64,000 bases of DNA, from the NCBI GenBank assembly GCA_965116905.1, contig OZ220732.1, positions 1,600,001-1,664,000 of the forward strand, read 5' to 3'. This document shows positions 38,515 to 47,537 of the stretch, one piece after another. Every line of letters starts with the position of its first letter. Within the stretch, counting starts at the first letter, position 1. This DNA is from Longimicrobiales bacterium. Its GTDB lineage: Bacteria; Gemmatimonadota; Gemmatimonadetes; Longimicrobiales; Gaopeijiaceae. The notes under the pieces are model-generated. The model did not search any database. It was not told the DNA's origin and saw only the letters and a program-made list of their open reading frames with translations. Both the position numbers and the translations under genes were made by a program.

Positions 38515-39540
38515 ATGTTCAGCACCGTTCTTCCAACGATAAACGTCCTCTACGAAAACCCCGCCTGGATTCCGCCGCTGCGGGAGGCGCTGGAGCGCGA
38601 GGGCTTCCGGGTGCACCTCGTGCACGTGAACGAGGGGAGCATCGACGCGTCGGCGCTGCCGCCCGACGGCATCTGGATGAATCGCATCAGCCCGTCGTCG
38701 CACACCCGCGGCCATGTCCACACGGTGGAGCTGACGCGACAGCTCCTGTACTGGCTGGAGTATCACGGCCGGCGGGTGATCAACGGACTGCCGGCGTTCG
38801 AGCTGGAGATGAGCAAGCTGCGGCAGGACCTCGTTCTGCGGCGGCACGGGATCCGGACGCCCCGCACGGTGCTTGCCGTCGGGAGGAAGCATCTGCTCGG
38901 GGCGGCCGCCACCTTCGACGGCCCGTTCATCACGAAGCACGACCAGGGGGGGAAGGGGCTGGGCATCCGGCACTTTCGCAGCGTCGCGGAACTCGAGGGG
39001 CATCTCGACGGCGGCGGATTCGACGCCGGGCCTGGGGCCAGGGTGATCCTGCAGGAGTATGTCCGCGCGCCCGAGCCGTTCATCACGAGGGTCGAGATCG
39101 TCGGCGGCCGCTTCGTGTTTGCCATGCGGAGTTCGACGGCGGACGGCTTCGAGCTGTGCCCGTCGGACGTGTGCAATCCGATGCCGGTGGGGGCGGGCGG
39201 GGGCGGCCAGGGTTCGGCGGGCGTGGGTGCACCCGGCCTCTTTGCCCCGTCGCCGCTCACCGCGGACGACCCGCTCGTGCAGCAGTACGTCCGGCTGTGC
39301 CTGGAGGAGGGGATCGAGGTTGCCGGGATCGAGTTCGTGGAGGACGCGCAGGGCAACCGCTACACCTACGACATCAACGGCACGACCAACTATAACCAGG
39401 CGCTCGGCGCGCAGATGGGCGTAGACGGGATGCGCCAGGTGGCGCGGTACGTCCGGCGGGTGGCTGTGGGGGAGCGGCGGGCGGGGCTGCCGAGGCGGCG
39501 GCAGCGGCGGCGGGCTCGTGTGCGACGAGCCACGTGTTGA
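38515..39540 (+). CDS. ATP-grasp ligase, RimK/glutathione synthetase-like
   Basis: NRISPSSHTRG, VING, TPRT, GGKGLGI, ILQEY, ELCPSDVC, YDINGTTNYN. Confidence 0.85.
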   Translation: MFSTVLPTINVLYENPAWIPPLREALEREGFRVHLVHVNEGSIDASALPPDGIWMNRISPSSHTRGHVHTVELTRQLLYWLEYHGRRVINGLPAFELEMSKLRQDLVLRRHGIRTPRTVLAVGRKHLLGAAATFDGPFITKHDQGGKGLGIRHFRSVAELEGHLDGGGFDAGPGARVILQEYVRAPEPFITRVEIVGGRFVFAMRSSTADGFELCPSDVCNPMPVGAGGGGQGSAGVGAPGLFAPSPLTADDPLVQQYVRLCLEEGIEVAGIEFVEDAQGNRYTYDINGTTNYNQALGAQMGVDGMRQVARYVRRVAVGERRAGLPRRRQRRRARVRRATC

Positions 39541-39622
39541 GCGCGGCGGCTTGGGCTTGACGCTCGGGCAGGTTAGTCATAGAACGACTTATGCATCACT
39601 AATTGAGCCACACGGAGGGCAC

Positions 39623-39832
39623 ATGAGGCGGACAGAGGGTGGCGCGTCGCTCAACCGGGCGGCCGTCAAGCTGCTGCGTCGGGGGGTCGGGCCGGAGGAA
39701 CACGGGCCGCGAGACAACACGGTCGGCTCCTCGCTGGACCACCTGATCGGAACTTGGAGCAACGCGGAGGCGGACGAATTCGAGCGGGCACTGCGGCACT
39801 TCGAGACTATTGACGAAGCCATGTGGGAATGA
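39623..39832 (+). pseudogene. N-terminally truncated RHH-type antitoxin; toxin absent
   Basis: SLNRAAVKLLRRG...LDHLIGTWS..EADEF...FETIDEAMWE. Confidence 0.55.
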
Positions 39833-40308
39833 TCAGATGGGAACGGGGCCGCGACCGAACGTTCGTAGCCGAGCATCGCGGCGGCATGCTGCGAAGAGAG
39901 GACCACCGCTTGCTGGCCGCGTGGGCCGCAGCTTGCGCTGAACACGTGCTCGGCCTGTTCTGGGACGATCCGGAGGACGACCGGCCCATCCACTCGGTGC
40001 GTCAAGCCGAGGGCTGGGCACGGGGGGAAGTCGCCACCGGTACTGTCATGCGATCGGCGTACGCCGCCCACGCCGCGGCACGGACATCCGCGGGGGCGGC
40101 CCGGGCCGCAGCACGCGCAGCGGGCCATGCGGCTGCGACATCGCACATGGCCGACCACAGCCTGGTGGCCGCAAGCTACGCGCTCCAGGCGGTTGCACAG
40201 GGGGGCGCCGATATGGAACGGGAACGTCGCCGGCAAGACCGGATGCTTCCTACGGCCGTCCGCCCACTGGTGCTGGACCGGCGCGCAGATCGCTTGGGTC
40301 AGGCCTAA
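39829..40308 (+). CDS. Imm5-like putative immunity protein
   Basis: HRLLAAWAAACAEHVL, DDRP, AARAAGHAAATSHMADH. Confidence 0.75.
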   Translation: MIRWERGRDRTFVAEHRGGMLRREDHRLLAAWAAACAEHVLGLFWDDPEDDRPIHSVRQAEGWARGEVATGTVMRSAYAAHAAARTSAGAARAAARAAGHAAATSHMADHSLVAASYALQAVAQGGADMERERRRQDRMLPTAVRPLVLDRRADRLGQA

Positions 40309-40348
40309 TCCTGGGGGCAGACGGGCGCGCCCACAGCTGCGAGCCGCT

Positions 40349-40406
40349 CTCGGCCAAATGCAAGAAATCAAATCGGCCAAATGAAATATTTATAATCGTC
40401 CAATTG
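40349..40406. repeat. Three 12-bp boxes with 23-bp period downstream of the ATPase
   Basis: CTCGGCCAAATG at 40349, ATCGGCCAAATG at 40372, ATCGTCCAATTG at 40395. Confidence 0.85.
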
Positions 40407-40415
40407 AAAGATTGA

Positions 40416-41666
40416 TTACGCAGAGCCCTCGAGAAGCCGCCGCACGGGCACGGCATGAAGCCGATCGCCGAATGGCACGGTGGCCTCTCCGTCGTACAAT
40501 ACGACACCGCCCGCGAAACGGTCACCGAGTGCCCGTCGCAGCTTGCGGAGCCCGCGAAAATCGCCCGGGCGCACCGTCCCCGACGCCTTGACCTCGATGC
40601 CCGCGACTGCCGCAGCCCCGCGCTCGATGACGATGTCAACCTCCGCGCCGTCCTTGTCGCGGAAGTGGTGGAAGGACATTCGCGCATCGTCCCAGCTGGC
40701 CTGCCGCCGGAGTTCCTGAAACACGAACGTTTCCAGGAGTTGGCCGAACAGGTTGCGGTCGTAGGCCAGCGCGGGACCGTCCACACCGAGGAGCGCGGAC
40801 GCGATTCCGGTATCGCCAAGGTGGAGCTTTGGCCTCTTGACCAGCCGACTGATGCGGTTGTTGTGCCAGGCGGGAAGGCGTTCCAGCAGGAAGACCCGCT
40901 CGAGCAGCGTCGTATAGCTCCGAATCGTCGGCCGGCTGACTTCGAAGGGCGCCGCCAGGTCACTCACGTTGAAGATTCTGGCCGTCTGGCTGGCGGCCGC
41001 GGCGAGCAGTCGCGGCAGGATTTCCAGCTGGCGAACGCGGGCAAGGTCAAGGACATCACGCTGGACAAGCGCATCGACGAGGTCGTGGTACCAGTTGGCG
41101 CGTCGGCGTCCCGGTGGGCGGGTGAGTGCGGCCGGATACCCCCCGGCGGTGATGCGACTCGGCAGTCCGGCTCCCAGCCGCTCGGAGCGCTCGACGGTGA
41201 AGTCGCCGCCGAAGAGCGCGTCAAGGAAACCGGATCCGCGGCGCGTCAACTCGCACTGTGCCAGGGGGTGCAGCCGGAGCGTCTGCAATCGGCCCGCGAG
41301 CGACTCCGAGAGCTTCGGCACCAGAAGCGCATGAGTGGAACCTGTCAGCAGGAACCGTCCAGGAGTTCGCTTCCTGTCAATTTCCACCTTGAGGGCCGTG
41401 AACAGCGCGGGTACCTTCTGGATCTCGTCCAGGATGACTCGCCCCGGAAGGTTGGCCGCGAAACCGTTTGGATCCTCGTCGGCGGCGCTGCGGACCACAT
41501 CGTCGTCGAAGGTCACGTAGCTGTACCCGCGGGTCGCGCCCACGATCCGGGCAAGCGTGGTCTTGCCGCACTGGCGCGGTCCGTGAATCAGGACGGCCGG
41601 AGAGTCGGCGAGCGCCTCCACAAGGTGCGGCTCGACCAAGCGGGGATAAACGGTGGTGTCGATCAT
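40416..41666 (-). CDS. AAA_14 ATPase with wHTH and DUF4143 domain (paralog of 36248)
   Basis: GPRQCGKTT, LDEIQK, ESLAGR, GGYP, EVDIV...IEVK. Confidence 0.92.
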   Translation of the reverse strand: MIDTTVYPRLVEPHLVEALADSPAVLIHGPRQCGKTTLARIVGATRGYSYVTFDDDVVRSAADEDPNGFAANLPGRVILDEIQKVPALFTALKVEIDRKRTPGRFLLTGSTHALLVPKLSESLAGRLQTLRLHPLAQCELTRRGSGFLDALFGGDFTVERSERLGAGLPSRITAGGYPAALTRPPGRRRANWYHDLVDALVQRDVLDLARVRQLEILPRLLAAAASQTARIFNVSDLAAPFEVSRPTIRSYTTLLERVFLLERLPAWHNNRISRLVKRPKLHLGDTGIASALLGVDGPALAYDRNLFGQLLETFVFQELRRQASWDDARMSFHHFRDKDGAEVDIVIERGAAAVAGIEVKASGTVRPGDFRGLRKLRRALGDRFAGGVVLYDGEATVPFGDRLHAVPVRRLLEGSA

Positions 41667-41721
41667 CGACCAAATGTAACTTTAACATCGGCCAAATGAA
41701 AGAAACCATATCGGCCAAATG
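41665..41721. repeat. Three 12-bp boxes with 22-23-bp period upstream of the ATPase
   Basis: ATCGACCAAATG at 41665; ATCGGCCAAATG at 41687 and 41710. Confidence 0.88.
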
Positions 41722-41736
41722 AAAGAAAGCATCATC

Positions 41737-42738
41737 ATGCACCGACGTGACTTCGTGAAGACGGCGGCCGCGAGTACCATGGCGGGCGCGATGCCCGGGT
41801 TGCACGCCCCCACCCCAACCACCGGCACCGCCCTGGTCTCCGACGCCCGCTACCTCGACCACGTGCTCATCCGCCCCAACGGCAGCCGGCCGCCCGAGGT
41901 CCCCGAGCGCTTGGTCCGGATCCGCGCCGCACTCGAGGCCCGCGGCCTGATCGAGGCCACCGTGCCGCTGTCGCCCGCAGCCGACCCGCTCGACCGCATC
42001 CGCGCGCACCACACCGGCGAGCACGTGGACGCCGTCCGCCAACTCGGGGTCACCGCCCGCGTCGCCGAACTCGCTGTCTCCGGGGCCCTGACCGCCATCG
42101 ACGCCGTCGCCGACGGCACCGTGCGAAACGCCTTTTGCGCGATCCGCCCACCCGGCCACCATGCGAACAACACGGGTGCCGAGGAGGGATTCTGCTACTA
42201 CAGCAACGCCGCGATCGCGGCCAGGTACGCGCAGGACATCCACGGGCACGAGAAGGTCCTGATCATCGACTGGGACTACCACCACGGCAACGCCACGCAG
42301 AACGCCTTCTACGCCGACCCGTCCGTCCTCTTCTTCTCCGCGCACGACTGGAACGCCTACCCGGGCACCGGCGATCCGTCGCTCACCGGCGCGGGCAACG
42401 CCACCGGCCTCAACATCAATGTGCACCTGGACTGCGGCGCGACCGACGCGGACATGCTCCGCCACTGGGACAACGTGCTTTCGCCGGCCGTGGCCGCCTT
42501 CGATCCGGACTTCGTGGTGGTTTCGGCCGGGTTCGACAGCCGCCGGGACGACCTCCTGGGCTGCTTCGCTCTGACCGACGACGCGTTCCGCCACATGACC
42601 CGGATCGCAATGGACTATGCCGACAGCTGTTGCGATGGCCGTCTGGTGTCCTTGTTGGAGGGCGGATACAATCTCGACGGCACGGCACTCGCCGCGGCCG
42701 CACATGTTGAGACACTGCTGGAAACGGGAAACCCATGA
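41737..42738 (+). CDS. Tat-exported histone deacetylase family amidohydrolase
   Basis: RRDFVK; RPPGHHA, GFC, DWDYHHGN, PGTG, SAGFD, LEGGY. Confidence 0.92.
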   Translation: MHRRDFVKTAAASTMAGAMPGLHAPTPTTGTALVSDARYLDHVLIRPNGSRPPEVPERLVRIRAALEARGLIEATVPLSPAADPLDRIRAHHTGEHVDAVRQLGVTARVAELAVSGALTAIDAVADGTVRNAFCAIRPPGHHANNTGAEEGFCYYSNAAIAARYAQDIHGHEKVLIIDWDYHHGNATQNAFYADPSVLFFSAHDWNAYPGTGDPSLTGAGNATGLNINVHLDCGATDADMLRHWDNVLSPAVAAFDPDFVVVSAGFDSRRDDLLGCFALTDDAFRHMTRIAMDYADSCCDGRLVSLLEGGYNLDGTALAAAAHVETLLETGNP

Positions 42739-43637
42739 TCAACAACACGCGCATCCTGTGCTCCACCTTCGCTCTGGCCCTCGCCCCCCTGGCGTGCGCG
42801 GCGCCAGCCGACGATCCGGCCGGCGACCCTGCCGCCGCGCCGGACGAGGGCATCGAGGTCTCCCATACCGAGGTCGCCGACGGCGTCTACCAGCTCAACG
42901 CCGGCTCGCACAATGCATTCTTCGTCGACACGGACGCGGGCGTTGTCGCCTTCGATCCCATCTCGACGGACGCGGCGGCCGGGCTTGTGGCCGCCATTCG
43001 CTCGGCGGCCCCGGACAAACCGCTCGCGGCCATCGTCTACAGCCACAGCGACGCCGACCACGCCACGGGAGCCCCCATGCTGCGGCAGGCGTTCGGCGCC
43101 GACGTGCCGATCATCGCGCAGGAGAACGCCTTCCCCATCATCACGGCGGGCGGCGACCCCGACCTGCCGCCCCCCGACCTCACCTTCGCGGACAACATGA
43201 CCCTGCGGTTCGGCGGGCGCGCGATCGAGCTGCATTACCTGGGACCGAGCCACACGGACAACCTGCTGGTGGCGCTCGTCCCCGATGCGGGCGTGCTCTT
43301 CGCGGTCGATTTCGTCAGCAACGACCGGGTCGGCTACCGGGACCTCCCGGGGTGGCACTTCGACGACCTCTACGTGGCGCTCGACCGGCTGATGGAGATC
43401 CCCTTCGAGACCGTGGTCTTCGGCCACGGCGCGGTGGGCGACCGAGGGACTATCGAGCGCCAGCTCGCCTACTACGCGGATCTGCGCGACGCCGTCCAGG
43501 CTGCGGTGGACGAGGGGCTGTCCGAGGAGGAGGCTATGGCCCAGGTCCGTCTGGACGACTACGCCCACTGGGGCCAGTACGAGGCCTGGTTCCCGATGAA
43601 CGTAGGGGCGGTGTACCGCTGGCTGGCGGGGGGCTGA
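42735..43637 (+). CDS. Metallo-beta-lactamase fold lipoprotein
   Basis: Lipobox LAC; SHSDADH, SHT, D, FGHG. Confidence 0.85.
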   Translation: MINNTRILCSTFALALAPLACAAPADDPAGDPAAAPDEGIEVSHTEVADGVYQLNAGSHNAFFVDTDAGVVAFDPISTDAAAGLVAAIRSAAPDKPLAAIVYSHSDADHATGAPMLRQAFGADVPIIAQENAFPIITAGGDPDLPPPDLTFADNMTLRFGGRAIELHYLGPSHTDNLLVALVPDAGVLFAVDFVSNDRVGYRDLPGWHFDDLYVALDRLMEIPFETVVFGHGAVGDRGTIERQLAYYADLRDAVQAAVDEGLSEEEAMAQVRLDDYAHWGQYEAWFPMNVGAVYRWLAGG

Positions 43638-43688
43638 CTCAGGCTTGCCCCACGCCGATTGGGGGGCGAGCCGGCCTTCGCCGCGCCC

Positions 43689-44453
43689 TCAAACCCGCAC
43701 CAGGTCCGCGTAGACGCATTCCCGGCCGCCGGCGTTGCCGCTGGCGTTGCCGTCCGCATTGCCGCCGCCATTGCCGTCCGCATCCGCCGCAACCGGCCGG
43801 CGCACGATCAGACCGGGTCTGGCCGGCACAGGGGACGAGAACATCGGCCCATCCAGCACGCAGGTGTGGAACTCGCCGTTTTCGCCGAGCGGGTCGACTC
43901 CCGGCGGCAGATCCGCCAGCAGGTCGCGGTCGAACCACCTGCCCGCGATTCCCGCCGGAGCCATTTCGGGATCGACCGCGTTGACGACCGCGCGCAGCCC
44001 CGAGTCGATCATGGTGTGGGCGAGGCGCGTGGTGTCGGTGCCCCAGATGGGGAAGACGGGCGTGAATCCGGTCCCGGCCAGCCCGTCTTCGCGGTAGGCG
44101 CGCACATCCTCCAGAAAGAGGTCGCCGAACGCGAGATGGGACGCGGCCCGCGCTTCGGGAAGCCGTCGCAACCGTTCTAGGAAGCCGTGCATCGCGGCCT
44201 CGTAGGCGTCGTTCGAGCAGGGGTAGGGGATCTCGATCTCGTAGAGGGGCAGCCCCAGGTGGCGGGCCTGCCGGGCCAGCACCCACCGCGGCGTCCCATG
44301 AACCGACACGCGGTCGAAGGCGGTGGTCACGGTGGTGAAGATCCCGCGCACGTCCCAGGTCTCCGGCTCCTGGCGAAGCACGTGCAGCGCCCATGCGGAG
44401 TCCTTGCCGGACGACCAGGAGACGAGGATGGGGGTGGGTGGCATGACGGTCAT
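43689..44453 (-). CDS. Dph6-related ATP pyrophosphatase (adenine nucleotide alpha hydrolase)
   Basis: SWSSGKDS, FGDLFLEDVRAYRE, DPLGENGEFHT. Confidence 0.88.
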   Translation of the reverse strand: MTVMPPTPILVSWSSGKDSAWALHVLRQEPETWDVRGIFTTVTTAFDRVSVHGTPRWVLARQARHLGLPLYEIEIPYPCSNDAYEAAMHGFLERLRRLPEARAASHLAFGDLFLEDVRAYREDGLAGTGFTPVFPIWGTDTTRLAHTMIDSGLRAVVNAVDPEMAPAGIAGRWFDRDLLADLPPGVDPLGENGEFHTCVLDGPMFSSPVPARPGLIVRRPVAADADGNGGGNADGNASGNAGGRECVYADLVRV

Positions 44454-44540
44454 GGCTCACCCATTCTACAATGTCCGTCCTCGCGGGGCCTGGGGTTGCC
44501 CGGCCGAACCGCGCTTGATCCCGCTACTCCCGAGCATCCC

Positions 44541-45752
44541 ATGAAACGACGCGACTTCGTGAAGACCGCCGCCGCAGGCGCCGCCGTCGGCAGCGTGCCC
44601 GTGCTGGCGACACCGTCCGGCGCCGACGCAGCGGACCCGGCCACGCGACCCGGCCAGCCCGCCGCGCCCGCCATCCACACCCGCGCCACGCGGCCCGTTC
44701 TCGTCGCGGACGTGTCCTCGATCCGGTTCCGCAACGGCGGTCCCGAGAGCGCGATCGAGCGCGCATTCCGCGGCATCACCGAGGGCGAGGACATCCTCGA
44801 CGCGTGCGTCGCCGGCGTGAACATCCCCGAACGCGACCCCGAGGAGCGCGGGATCGGGTACGGCGGCCTTCCCAACGCCGACGGCGTGGTCCAGCTCGAC
44901 TCCTGCCTGATGCACGGGCCGCGCAAGTGGGCGGGCGGAGTGGCGGGTCTCGAAGGCGTGAAGACCCCGTCGCTCGTCGCGAAGGCGGTCGCCGAGCTGA
45001 CCGACCACCACCTGATCGTGGGCAAGGGGGCGCAGGAATTCGCGCGCGCGCTCGGCTTCGAGATCCACGACGACCTCAACACCGAAGCCTCCCGCGCGCT
45101 CTGGCTGGAATGGCGCCGCCGCGTCGATCCCGGTCACTGGCTCGATCCGGAGGAGCGGCTGCGCGGCAGGGAACGCCCCGACCAGGACGCACCCGCCCGC
45201 ATGCGCCGCTTCCACGACGCCGCACTCGCGGCCGGTCTCTCCATGGTCGACGACGGCCTGATCGACCCGGACTCGTTCTGGGGCACCACCAGCCTCGAAG
45301 CCGTCTCACCCGACGGCGACATCTGCGGCGTGACCACCACCAGCGGCCTCTCGTGGAAGATCCCGGGCAGGGCGGGGGACTCCCCGATCCTCGGGGCGGG
45401 CCAGTACGTGGACAACGACGTGGGCGCGGCGGGCTCGACCGGCCGCGGCGAGGCCAACCTCTACAATCTGAGCTGCGCCATGATCGTCGAGTTCATGCGG
45501 CAGGGCATGTCGCCCAGGGACGCCGGCCTGGCCGTGCTGGGGCGCGTACGCGACAACACGGTCGAGGCCCGCCTGCAGAACTCGCGCGGACTGCCCGGCT
45601 TCGACCTGCGCTTCTTCATCCTCAACAAGGCGGGCGACTACGCGGGCGTCGCCATGTACGGATCGGCCGAGTCGGCGTTCGCGGTGTGCGACGAGAACGG
45701 GGCCCGGGAAAAGCCTCTGGAGGGCCTGCTGGAGGGGTCGCCGCGGGACTGA
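44541..45752 (+). CDS. Tat-exported N4-(beta-N-acetylglucosaminyl)-L-asparaginase family Ntn hydrolase
   Basis: RRDFVK; GYGGLPNADGVVQLD, GT, TTTSGL..KIPGRAGDSPI.GAG, STGRGE. Confidence 0.88.
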   Translation: MKRRDFVKTAAAGAAVGSVPVLATPSGADAADPATRPGQPAAPAIHTRATRPVLVADVSSIRFRNGGPESAIERAFRGITEGEDILDACVAGVNIPERDPEERGIGYGGLPNADGVVQLDSCLMHGPRKWAGGVAGLEGVKTPSLVAKAVAELTDHHLIVGKGAQEFARALGFEIHDDLNTEASRALWLEWRRRVDPGHWLDPEERLRGRERPDQDAPARMRRFHDAALAAGLSMVDDGLIDPDSFWGTTSLEAVSPDGDICGVTTTSGLSWKIPGRAGDSPILGAGQYVDNDVGAAGSTGRGEANLYNLSCAMIVEFMRQGMSPRDAGLAVLGRVRDNTVEARLQNSRGLPGFDLRFFILNKAGDYAGVAMYGSAESAFAVCDENGAREKPLEGLLEGSPRD

Positions 45753-45883
45753 GGGGGCCGCAGCCCTGGAGGTGTCGCGCCGCTCTTGAGGGGGCCGGTC
45801 GACCTCGGTCAGTCGGCGTCGTCCTTCGAGCGCTGCCGCGCGATCCGCGGTGGTCCGCGGAATGCTGGCCTGGAGTGGCGCTA

Positions 45884-45912
45884 TAGTTTAGTTTACGAGC
45901 TAACCTAAACTA
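45884..45912. promoter_or_regulatory. AT-rich palindrome upstream of Fic
   Basis: TAGTTTAGTTTA-CGAGC-TAACCTAAACTA (1 mismatch). Confidence 0.6.
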
Positions 45913-45923
45913 ACAGCAACCAA

Positions 45924-47135
45924 TTGTTCAGGATGCCCGGACATCACATCCGTCTGATCTGGCGCCACGATCCCATTCTGTACGCGCCCCCGAAGTACCG
46001 GAGGGCGTGCGCGTACGACGCCTTCATTCCCGACCCTATCGCTGACCTTCCCTTTGCGCTCGACGCTGCCACGGCGGGCCTCGTATCGGATGCGGAGGGC
46101 ACGATCCACGCGCTGAACTCGGAGCGCTCCGATGTGCTCGCTCCTCTCGCTCGCCTGCTGCTCCGCACGGAGTCGATCTCTTCCTCCAGGGTCGAGGGGA
46201 TTGCGGTCGGCGCACGGGCGATGGCACGTGCCGCATCGAGGGCGGAATCGGGTTTGCGGGTCGGTCCGACGGCCCGTGAGGTGTTGGACAACGTGAACGC
46301 CATGCAGGCCGCGATGGACGCGGCGTCGGACCAACGCCGGTTTACCATTGAGGACATTGTCGGGATACACCGGCTCGTCATGGCCCACGCGACCAACCGC
46401 CACGTCGCGGGACAGGTGCGGACGGTCCAGAACTGGATCGGGGGAAACGACTACAACCCGTGTGGTGCCGACTTTGTGCCCCCTCCGCCAGAACACGTTC
46501 ATCCGTTGCTGGAGGACCTGACGGACGCAGTGAACCGCGAGGACCTCCCACCCCTCATGCAGGCAGCGCTGGTGCACGCGCAGTTCGAAACCATCCATCC
46601 CTTCGAGGACGGCAATGGACGGACCGGTCGCGCACTTGTCCAGGTCGTGCTCCGCCGGCGTGGCATCGCGCCCCACTACGTTCCCCCCATCAGCGTGATC
46701 CTGGCTGCCGACAGGGACGCCTACATCGCAGGGCTGGGCCGGTTCCGGTTTGAAGACTCGATGCGCTGGATCGCCGAGTTCGCGGCAGCCGCGGCGCGCG
46801 CCGCCGCACTAGCGTCGCGTTACCTGGGTGCTGTGCGCGACCTGCAGGACCAGTGGCGCCTTCGACTGGCGGCGGGCCCGAACCCGCGAGCCGATGCCGC
46901 GGCGTGGGCGGTGATCGATGCGCTGCCGGCTCATCCGGTCATGTCTGCGGCCGACGCCATAGCCGACACCGGGCGGGCCCCGTCGGCGGTGCACGCGGCC
47001 GTGCGGCAGCTTGTGAACGGGGGCGTGCTGATTCCGCTGTCCAAGTCGAAACGCAACCGTCTCTGGGAAGCCGCGGGGCTGCTTGAACTGGTGGAGGGGC
47101 TGGAAGCCGGACGACCGCCGAGTCGGCGACCCTAG
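45924..47135 (+). CDS. Fic family protein (class II) with C-terminal HTH
   Basis: SSRVEG, HPFEDGNGRTGR. Confidence 0.9.
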   Translation: MFRMPGHHIRLIWRHDPILYAPPKYRRACAYDAFIPDPIADLPFALDAATAGLVSDAEGTIHALNSERSDVLAPLARLLLRTESISSSRVEGIAVGARAMARAASRAESGLRVGPTAREVLDNVNAMQAAMDAASDQRRFTIEDIVGIHRLVMAHATNRHVAGQVRTVQNWIGGNDYNPCGADFVPPPPEHVHPLLEDLTDAVNREDLPPLMQAALVHAQFETIHPFEDGNGRTGRALVQVVLRRRGIAPHYVPPISVILAADRDAYIAGLGRFRFEDSMRWIAEFAAAAARAAALASRYLGAVRDLQDQWRLRLAAGPNPRADAAAWAVIDALPAHPVMSAADAIADTGRAPSAVHAAVRQLVNGGVLIPLSKSKRNRLWEAAGLLELVEGLEAGRPPSRRP

Positions 47136-47153
47136 AGTCGGCACGGCCCCGGA

Positions 47154-47537
47154 TCAGGCCGACATCGTCAGCACATCGTAGAGCGGAATGCGGGCGTCCC
47201 GCGTGACCAGCACCAGGCCTTCCGCCTGCGCCTGGGCGATCAGCATCCTGTCGAACGGGTCACGGTGATGGTCCGGCAGGGCTGCGGTCCGTTCCGCCTG
47301 CTCAAAGGTCAGTGGCAGGTGCGTGAACCCCTTGTCCTCCACGACGGCCGCCAGGTTGCTCGGCGCCGCCAGACGCCCGTTGGCCTTCTTGATCGCGATT
47401 TCCCAGCCCGAGACCGCGCTGACGAAGACTTCGTTGTCGGGATCGGCGATGGCCTCGCGCGTCGATTCGGCGATTTGGGCCCAGTCGGACAGCCACCAGA
47501 GCAACGCGTGCGTGTCGAGCAACAGCCGCATCGTCAT
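47154..47537 (-). CDS. vapC: VapC PIN-domain toxin
   Basis: LLLDTHALLWW, HRDPFDRMLIAQA, TRD. Confidence 0.92.
   Translation of the reverse strand: MTMRLLLDTHALLWWLSDWAQIAESTREAIADPDNEVFVSAVSGWEIAIKKANGRLAAPSNLAAVVEDKGFTHLPLTFEQAERTAALPDHHRDPFDRMLIAQAQAEGLVLVTRDARIPLYDVLTMSA

Noticed and set aside
36151..41721. 23-bp-period arrays as mini-CRISPRs or transposon inverted ends
   Set aside because: Repeats are about 12 bp with about 11-bp gaps, too short for CRISPR; the flanking arrays are direct rather than inverted; no transposase or target-site duplication was seen
41740..44572. Similar DNA at the HDAC and asparaginase starts (RRDFVKTAAA)
   Set aside because: Explained by the Tat consensus and codon bias
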